From Dehalococcoidia bacterium (GTDB lineage Bacteria > Chloroflexota > Dehalococcoidia > DSTF01 > RBG-16-68-14): 20,000 nucleotides of DNA. This document shows, one piece after another, positions 15,295 to 20,000 of the stretch (within the stretch, counting starts at the first letter, position 1; each line of letters opens with the position of its first letter). The position numbers were made by a program, and so were the translations under genes. Under the pieces are notes generated by a model. It was not told the DNA's origin. It saw nothing but the letters and a program-made list of their open reading frames with translations, and did not search any database. The stretch spans positions 57,299 to 77,298 of the forward strand of contig JBBEBM010000059.1 of NCBI GenBank assembly GCA_040882355.1. The letters run 5' to 3'.

Positions 15295-16440
15295 ATGTCC
15301 ATCGACAAGTTGACATTCAGCGTGATCAAGGCGGACTGCGGTTCCATCGGCGGGCACACGCGCCCGTCTCCACGCATGGTGGAAGTCGTGGAGGAGAAGA
15401 TCGCCGGCGAGTCCTGGGTGATCGACCACATCGTGACGTTCACCGGCGACGACATCGCGATCATCACCACGCACACCCAGGGGTCGAACGCGCCGATCGT
15501 CCACAAGGCGTGCCGCGCCGCGTTCGATGACGCTGCCCAAGTTGCCAAGGATGAAGGCAATTACGGCGCGGGCCAAGATCTCTTCCCAGCCGCGCCCAGC
15601 GGCAACGTGCGTGGCACAGGTCCCGGACTCGCCGAGATCACATTTGACCTGCTACCCGAGCATCGTCCGGCAGAGTCAATCGCCGTCTTCGCTGCGGACA
15701 AGTGTGGTCCTGGCGCCTACAATCAGGCGCTCTACTACGCCTTCGCCGACGCCGCGCGTTCGTCCGGCTTCCTGCTCAGTCCTGACGTCGGCAAAGGCTA
15801 CACGTTCGTGATCGAGGACATGGACCACAAGGTTGAGAAGGGGGCATCTCCCACGCACCGGCAGGTGCGGCTCAACTCGCCCGAAGACAACATCAGCATC
15901 CTGGCCCTCCTCCGTCAGATCGATCGCTACGGCGTAGCACGCATCGAAAGCCGCGCTTTTCCGGGCGAGATCGGCGTCGCGGCCAGCACCGACCGCCTGC
16001 ACAACATCACCGGCACCTATCAAGGGAAGGACGATCCGGTGATGATCGTCCGGAACCAGCGCATCTTTCCCGCGCTCGAGGAGGTCGTCGATCCGTTTCG
16101 GCTCGTGCCGCTCATCACGGGAGACACCCGTGGCAGCCATACCATGCCGCTGATGCCTGTGCCGATTCGGACTGAAGTAGCGGGCGCCTACTGTCTGCCG
16201 ATCGTGAGCTGCCTTGCCTTGTCGGTGAACGGCGACGGCAGGTTTAGCAGCGGTGTCGTCGACGTTTTCGGCAACTTTGCCTGGGACCGGGCCCGCGCGC
16301 AGGCGCAGGAGCGCGCGGAGTGGATGCGCCAGCAGGCGCCGTTCGGGGTTGCCATGGCCTCACAGGAAGAGATCGCCTACACGGGCCTCGCCAAGCTTGA
16401 GGCAGCGCTCAACGAACGGTTCGAACACGTCGCTGACTGA
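15295..16440 (+). CDS. fbp: Fructose-1,6-bisphosphate aldolase/phosphatase (class V FBPase family), divergent
   Basis: Motifs SVIKADCGSIGGH, GDDI, YGAGQDL, SGNVRGTGPG, ADK, RLHNITGTYQGKDDPV, RGSH and EIAYT. RBS AGGAGG. Confidence 0.88.
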   Translation: MSIDKLTFSVIKADCGSIGGHTRPSPRMVEVVEEKIAGESWVIDHIVTFTGDDIAIITTHTQGSNAPIVHKACRAAFDDAAQVAKDEGNYGAGQDLFPAAPSGNVRGTGPGLAEITFDLLPEHRPAESIAVFAADKCGPGAYNQALYYAFADAARSSGFLLSPDVGKGYTFVIEDMDHKVEKGASPTHRQVRLNSPEDNISILALLRQIDRYGVARIESRAFPGEIGVAASTDRLHNITGTYQGKDDPVMIVRNQRIFPALEEVVDPFRLVPLITGDTRGSHTMPLMPVPIRTEVAGAYCLPIVSCLALSVNGDGRFSSGVVDVFGNFAWDRARAQAQERAEWMRQQAPFGVAMASQEEIAYTGLAKLEAALNERFEHVAD

Positions 16441-16451
16441 TCCGGCCAACA

Positions 16452-16490
16452 GCCCGGTCGAGCGGAGACGGCCCGTCTCGCCGGTCGGGC
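16452..16490 (+). terminator. GC-rich hairpin after fbp, possible terminator
   Basis: Core GAGACG-gcc-CGTCTC with outer GCCCG/CGGGC arms. No U-tract follows. Confidence 0.3.
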
Positions 16491-16532
16491 CGCTGCACGC
16501 GCGCAAGGGCCGGTTGCGCGAGGGAAGGGCCG

Positions 16533-16541
16533 TGCTACAAT
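16533..16541 (+). promoter_or_regulatory. Extended -10 TGcTACAAT for the GH18-like/rsmD/coaD operon
   Basis: Near-consensus TGnTACAAT about 95 nt upstream of ATG 16635, with TTGCGC at 16514-16519. Confidence 0.5.
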
Positions 16542-16634
16542 GGGCGCGCCCGCCTAGGGCCAGCCACCGAATCTGACGCCCGCTCTCCCGCCTGGCGAAG
16601 GACGGAGGGAGCCGTATTCGGCCGGACCCATCGC

Positions 16635-18281
16635 ATGGACGAGCAACAGCAAGGCCCCTTCGACCACATTCTCAAGTCCGAACCGCCGCCCCAGCAACGG
16701 GACCGCGCGGCGATCGTCGTCGTCGCCGCCGCGATCGTGCTTGGCGCGCTCCTGCTCGTGCTCGTGCTCCCGCCGGTCTCGATCCTCGACGACGGGGACG
16801 GCGGCGGCGGGATCAGTGGTACGATCGTCACGACGAAGAGCGACGAGTCGCCGCCCGCGCCTGCCGGCTTCGAGGCGGTAAGCCCGCTTTACGACGTGTC
16901 GACCACCGGCGACGTGAGCGTTCGGAGCGTGTCGCTGCTCGCTTCGACGGACGTCGCGGCCGGCGAGCGGCTCGTGCTCTACACGCATGACGGAGACGAC
17001 TGGCGCGAGGTCGGCACGGGCCAGGCGTCCGGCCAGCGACTCGTGACGAGCGAGCTCTCTTTCCTGCCGGACAACGTTGCCGTGTTCCGCGCGACCGGGC
17101 AGGTGCGACAGGTCTACGGCAGCCTGGCGAATGGGACGGAGATTGACCAGCGCGCGTTGGCCTCGCTGACGACACTGAACGTGACCGGCTTCGCGCCGGT
17201 GGCCGATGGCGGCGTGATGGGCGGCTCGCTCCTGCTCCCGGCCGGCCTGCAGGCGCGCGTCGCGCCGACGGTCGGCACGTTCACCCAGGAGCAGATCGAC
17301 GCCCTGAACGCGATCATGGCATCGCCGGAGCTGCGTTCGGCGCACGTACAGGCGCTGGTCGGCCTGGCGCGCGACCGCAGCGTCCCCGGCATCGACCTCG
17401 ACTACCGCGCGCTCGACACGTCGCTGCGCGCGGACTTCTCGTCGTTCGTGCAGGAGCTGGCGGCGGGCCTGCAGCAGGAGGGGCGGTCGCTGAGCCTGAC
17501 GCTGCCCCTGCCCGTGCAGCAGGGCGAGACGTGGGACACGGGCGGCTTCGACTGGACGGCGCTGGGCGCCCAGGCCGACGCGCTGAAGCTGGCGCCCGAC
17601 CCCGAGCGCCCCTACCAGCAGCTTGAGGAGGCGGTGGCGTTCCTCGTTGCGCGGGTCGGAGGCGGTAAGCTGCTGCTCTCGGTGAGCCCGCTCAGCCACG
17701 AACGCGCCAGCGACGGCCGGCGCACGCTCTGGCTCAGCGACGCGCTCGCGCTGGCGAGCACGCCGGTGGCCCAGACCGACACGGCGATCGCGCCGGGCGC
17801 CACGTTGCGGGCGTCCGCGCAGAACCTTTCGCCGGAGCTCGGCGGCAGCGGCCTCGCCTGGGACGACGCCTCGAAGGCGGTGATGTTCCGCTACACGGGC
17901 GCAGGCGGCGAGCACACGGTCTGGCTGGCGAACGCCTTCAGCGAGACCTTCAAGCTGGACCTGGCGAAGCGCTATCAGCTCGCGGGCGTCGTTGTTGAGG
18001 ACGTTTCGAGCGCGGCCGGCGAGGCCGACATCTGGCCTGCGGTGCAGGCGTTCGCCGAAGCGGGCGAGGTGTCGCTGGCCGTGCCGAATGGCGACCTGCT
18101 CACGCCGCGCTGGCTGGCGTCCGGCGGCACCTTCGCCAGCGACGCGGGCCCCCAGGTCGACTGGCAGGCGCCCGCGGAGCCGGGCGACTACACGCTGACG
18201 CTCGTCGTGAGCGACGGCGTCGTGCGCATGGGACAGGAGCTGCGCGTGCCGGTGGCGCAGGCGGCCGCGGTGGCCCCGTAA
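16635..18281 (+). CDS. Membrane-anchored GH18 (chitinase-like) TIM-barrel protein, catalytic Glu absent, with a C-terminal PKD/Ig-like domain
   Basis: N-terminal TM segment AAIVVVAAAIVLGALLLVLVL. GH18-like elements PGIDLDYR, FSSFVQELAAGL, GGFDWTALG, KLLL, WDDAS...HTVWL...KLDLAKRYQLAGV. C-terminal WQAPAEPGDYTLTLVVSDG. Confidence 0.72.
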   Translation: MDEQQQGPFDHILKSEPPPQQRDRAAIVVVAAAIVLGALLLVLVLPPVSILDDGDGGGGISGTIVTTKSDESPPAPAGFEAVSPLYDVSTTGDVSVRSVSLLASTDVAAGERLVLYTHDGDDWREVGTGQASGQRLVTSELSFLPDNVAVFRATGQVRQVYGSLANGTEIDQRALASLTTLNVTGFAPVADGGVMGGSLLLPAGLQARVAPTVGTFTQEQIDALNAIMASPELRSAHVQALVGLARDRSVPGIDLDYRALDTSLRADFSSFVQELAAGLQQEGRSLSLTLPLPVQQGETWDTGGFDWTALGAQADALKLAPDPERPYQQLEEAVAFLVARVGGGKLLLSVSPLSHERASDGRRTLWLSDALALASTPVAQTDTAIAPGATLRASAQNLSPELGGSGLAWDDASKAVMFRYTGAGGEHTVWLANAFSETFKLDLAKRYQLAGVVVEDVSSAAGEADIWPAVQAFAEAGEVSLAVPNGDLLTPRWLASGGTFASDAGPQVDWQAPAEPGDYTLTLVVSDGVVRMGQELRVPVAQAAAVAP

Positions 18282-18283
18282 CG

Positions 18284-18850
18284 GTGCGGGTCGTTGGTGG
18301 ATCAGCCAAAGGCCGCCGTCTCAAGAGCCCGCCGAAGGGCGTGCGGCCGACGTCGGACCTCGTGCGCGGCGCCATCTTCGATGCGCTGGAGGCGCACGGC
18401 GCCGACTTCTCGCGAGTGCTGGACCTTTATGCGGGCAGCGGCGCGCTGGGGATCGAGGCGATGAGCCGCGGCGGAGGCCGCTGCGACTTCGTCGAGCGCG
18501 GCGCGGCGACAGTTGCGCTGATTAAGGAGAACCTCCAGTTGACGGGCCTTGAGGGAGATGGGCACGCGCACAAGATCGACGTCGAACGGGCGCCCGAGCG
18601 GCTCGAAGGGTCGTACACGCTCGTGCTCGCCGACCCGCCGTACGAAGATGAGACGGCGATCGGGGCGATCGAACGCGTCGCTGGGTCACCGCTCGTGACT
18701 GAGGCGACGACGCTCGTACTGGAGCACAGCAGCAGGAGCGGCGCGCCGGAGCGGATCGGAGCGCTCGAGCGCGTGTGGAGCCGTCGCTACGGCGATACGG
18801 AGGTCTCGATCTACCGACGAGGTAGCGAGCGAGGGGAGGCAGAAACGTGA
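18284..18850 (+). CDS. rsmD: 16S rRNA (guanine966-N2)-methyltransferase
   Basis: Motifs MRVVGGSAKGRRL, RPTSDLVR, LDLYAGSGALGIEAMSRG, DPPY and RRYGDT. Conserved synteny with coaD. Confidence 0.95.
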   Translation: MRVVGGSAKGRRLKSPPKGVRPTSDLVRGAIFDALEAHGADFSRVLDLYAGSGALGIEAMSRGGGRCDFVERGAATVALIKENLQLTGLEGDGHAHKIDVERAPERLEGSYTLVLADPPYEDETAIGAIERVAGSPLVTEATTLVLEHSSRSGAPERIGALERVWSRRYGDTEVSIYRRGSERGEAET

Positions 18851-19320
18851 CCGGAGCAGTCTACCCGGGCCGGTTCGATCCGGTCACCAACGGCCACGTC
18901 GACATCGTGTCGCGCGCGGCGAGCCTGTTCGACGTGCTGGTCGTTGCCGTGCTCGACTTGCCGTCGGGGACGCTCTTCAGCACCGAGGAGCGGGTCGAGC
19001 TCTTCGCGAGCGCCGTCGAGGACAAGAAGAATGTGACGGTGAAGGCGTATCGAGGGCTGACGATCGACCTGGCGCGCCGGGAGAATGCGACCGTGCTGGT
19101 GCGGGGCATCCGCGCGGTGACCGACTTCGAGGCGGAGTTCGACATGGCGCTCATGAACAAGCAGATGGCGCCGGAGATCGAGTCGGTCTACCTCATGACC
19201 AACCTGGAGCACCTATTCATCAGCGGCAGCCGCATACGCGAGGTGGCCAGCTTGGGGTATGATGTGACCAACCTGGTGCCTCGCCGCGTGGCCGAGGCGC
19301 TGCGCGGAAAGTTCAAGTAG
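18847..19320 (+). CDS. coaD: Phosphopantetheine adenylyltransferase
   Basis: Motifs YPGRFDPVTNGHVDI, FSTEERV, VRGIRAVTDFEAE, MN and ISGSRIREVA. GTGA overlap with rsmD. Confidence 0.96.
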   Translation: MTGAVYPGRFDPVTNGHVDIVSRAASLFDVLVVAVLDLPSGTLFSTEERVELFASAVEDKKNVTVKAYRGLTIDLARRENATVLVRGIRAVTDFEAEFDMALMNKQMAPEIESVYLMTNLEHLFISGSRIREVASLGYDVTNLVPRRVAEALRGKFK

Positions 19321-19349
19321 CACCAACGCCGGAAAGGAGGGACGTCGCC

Positions 19350-19907
19350 ATCGATCTGTTACACCTCATCGACCGGCTGGAAGAGTTGATCGGCGAAGCG
19401 CGCCGCCTGCCCATCGGCACCGGAGTCGTCATCGACCGGCGCCGCCTGCTCGACCTCGTCGACCAGTTGCGCGCCGCCGTGCCCGCGGAGGTGCGGGAAG
19501 CGCAGGAGATCCTCGACCGCACCGCGGAGGTGCTGGCGCAGGCCGACCAGGAGGTCGCCCTTCGCCTCGCGCGCGCCGACGAGGAGGTCGATCGCAAGAC
19601 AAGCGACTCGGAAATCTTCAAGGCCGCCGAAGTGCGCGCCGAGCAGGTGATCGGGCAGGCGCAGGCGGAGGCGGAGCGGCTGCTGGAGGAGGCGCAGAAG
19701 CAGGCCGACTCGAAGCAGGCGGAGGGCGAACGGCTGGCCGGGGAGCAGATGGACGAGGCCGACCGCTACGCGCTGGAGATGCTACGCAAGCTGGAGCAGC
19801 AACTCGACGCCTTCATGTCGAGCGTGCGCTCTGGCGTGCAGACTCTGGAGCAGACGCCGGACCACGTGCCGCAGCCTGAGGAAGCGCCTGTCGATATGAC
19901 CGCCTAA
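19350..19907 (+). CDS. Conserved coiled-coil protein downstream of coaD (DivIVA/ATP synthase b-like hypothetical), probable ATC start
   Basis: Reads (M)DLLHLIDRLEELIGEARRLPIGTGVVIDRRRLLDLVDQLR...EADRYA. AGGAGG at 19335-19340 lies 9 nt before the in-frame ATC 19350. The ORF track starts later, at TTG 19386. Confidence 0.8.
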   Translation: MDLLHLIDRLEELIGEARRLPIGTGVVIDRRRLLDLVDQLRAAVPAEVREAQEILDRTAEVLAQADQEVALRLARADEEVDRKTSDSEIFKAAEVRAEQVIGQAQAEAERLLEEAQKQADSKQAEGERLAGEQMDEADRYALEMLRKLEQQLDAFMSSVRSGVQTLEQTPDHVPQPEEAPVDMTA

Positions 19908-19923
19908 CAAGGCGCTGAGAGAC

Positions 19924-20000
19924 GGGGTGCAGGGGGCTTGCCCCCTGCCGGGGGTCTGGGGGGTGTCCCCCCAGACTCACCCAAACACAACTGGGCGGGT
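19924..20000. repeat. REP-like double-hairpin intergenic element, may continue past the window
   Basis: GCAGGGGGC-TT-GCCCCCTGC (19929-19948) and GTCTGGGGGG-TGT-CCCCCCAGAC (19954-19976), both with perfect arms. Confidence 0.65.

Noticed and set aside
16554..17915. 453-aa minus-strand ORF
   Set aside because: It is the antisense shadow of the GH18-like gene and has no recognisable motifs.
18859..18888. CoaD motif PGRFDP instead of PGSFDP/PGTFDP as a sign of inactivation
   Set aside because: The TNGH motif and the rest of the protein are intact. I recall this variant from Dehalococcoidia, so it is more likely a lineage trait.

Overview
GC-rich bacterial chromosomal window, probably a MAG scaffold (10-N gap at 1013-1022). 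The gene set and style (Pro/Thr-tailed surface proteins, leaderless promoters, FBP aldolase/phosphatase, CoaD with a PGRFDP motif) suggest Chloroflexota, possibly Dehalococcoidia-like; this is inference only. The left half (1-10.9 kb) looks like an accessory or defence hotspot. It holds a translationally coupled herA-sbcD(mre11)-sbcC(rad50) operon, two low-GC orphan membrane-anchored genes, a type IV AbiEi/AbiEii toxin-antitoxin pair with a palindromic operator, and an arylsulfotransferase-like lipoprotein. The TA pair is bracketed by a degenerate ~115-120-bp direct repeat, and gene relics mark the junctions. The right half is mostly housekeeping: RNase J, divergent from an XRE-cupin regulator/prfC/FBP aldolase-phosphatase unit, then a degenerate GH18-like protein, rsmD, coaD, a coiled-coil protein that appears to start at ATC, and a REP-like double hairpin. 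The best candidate for an undescribed system is the HerA-Mre11-Rad50 + orphan membrane pair + AbiE island. No tRNA, rRNA, CRISPR array, integrase or transposase was recognised.
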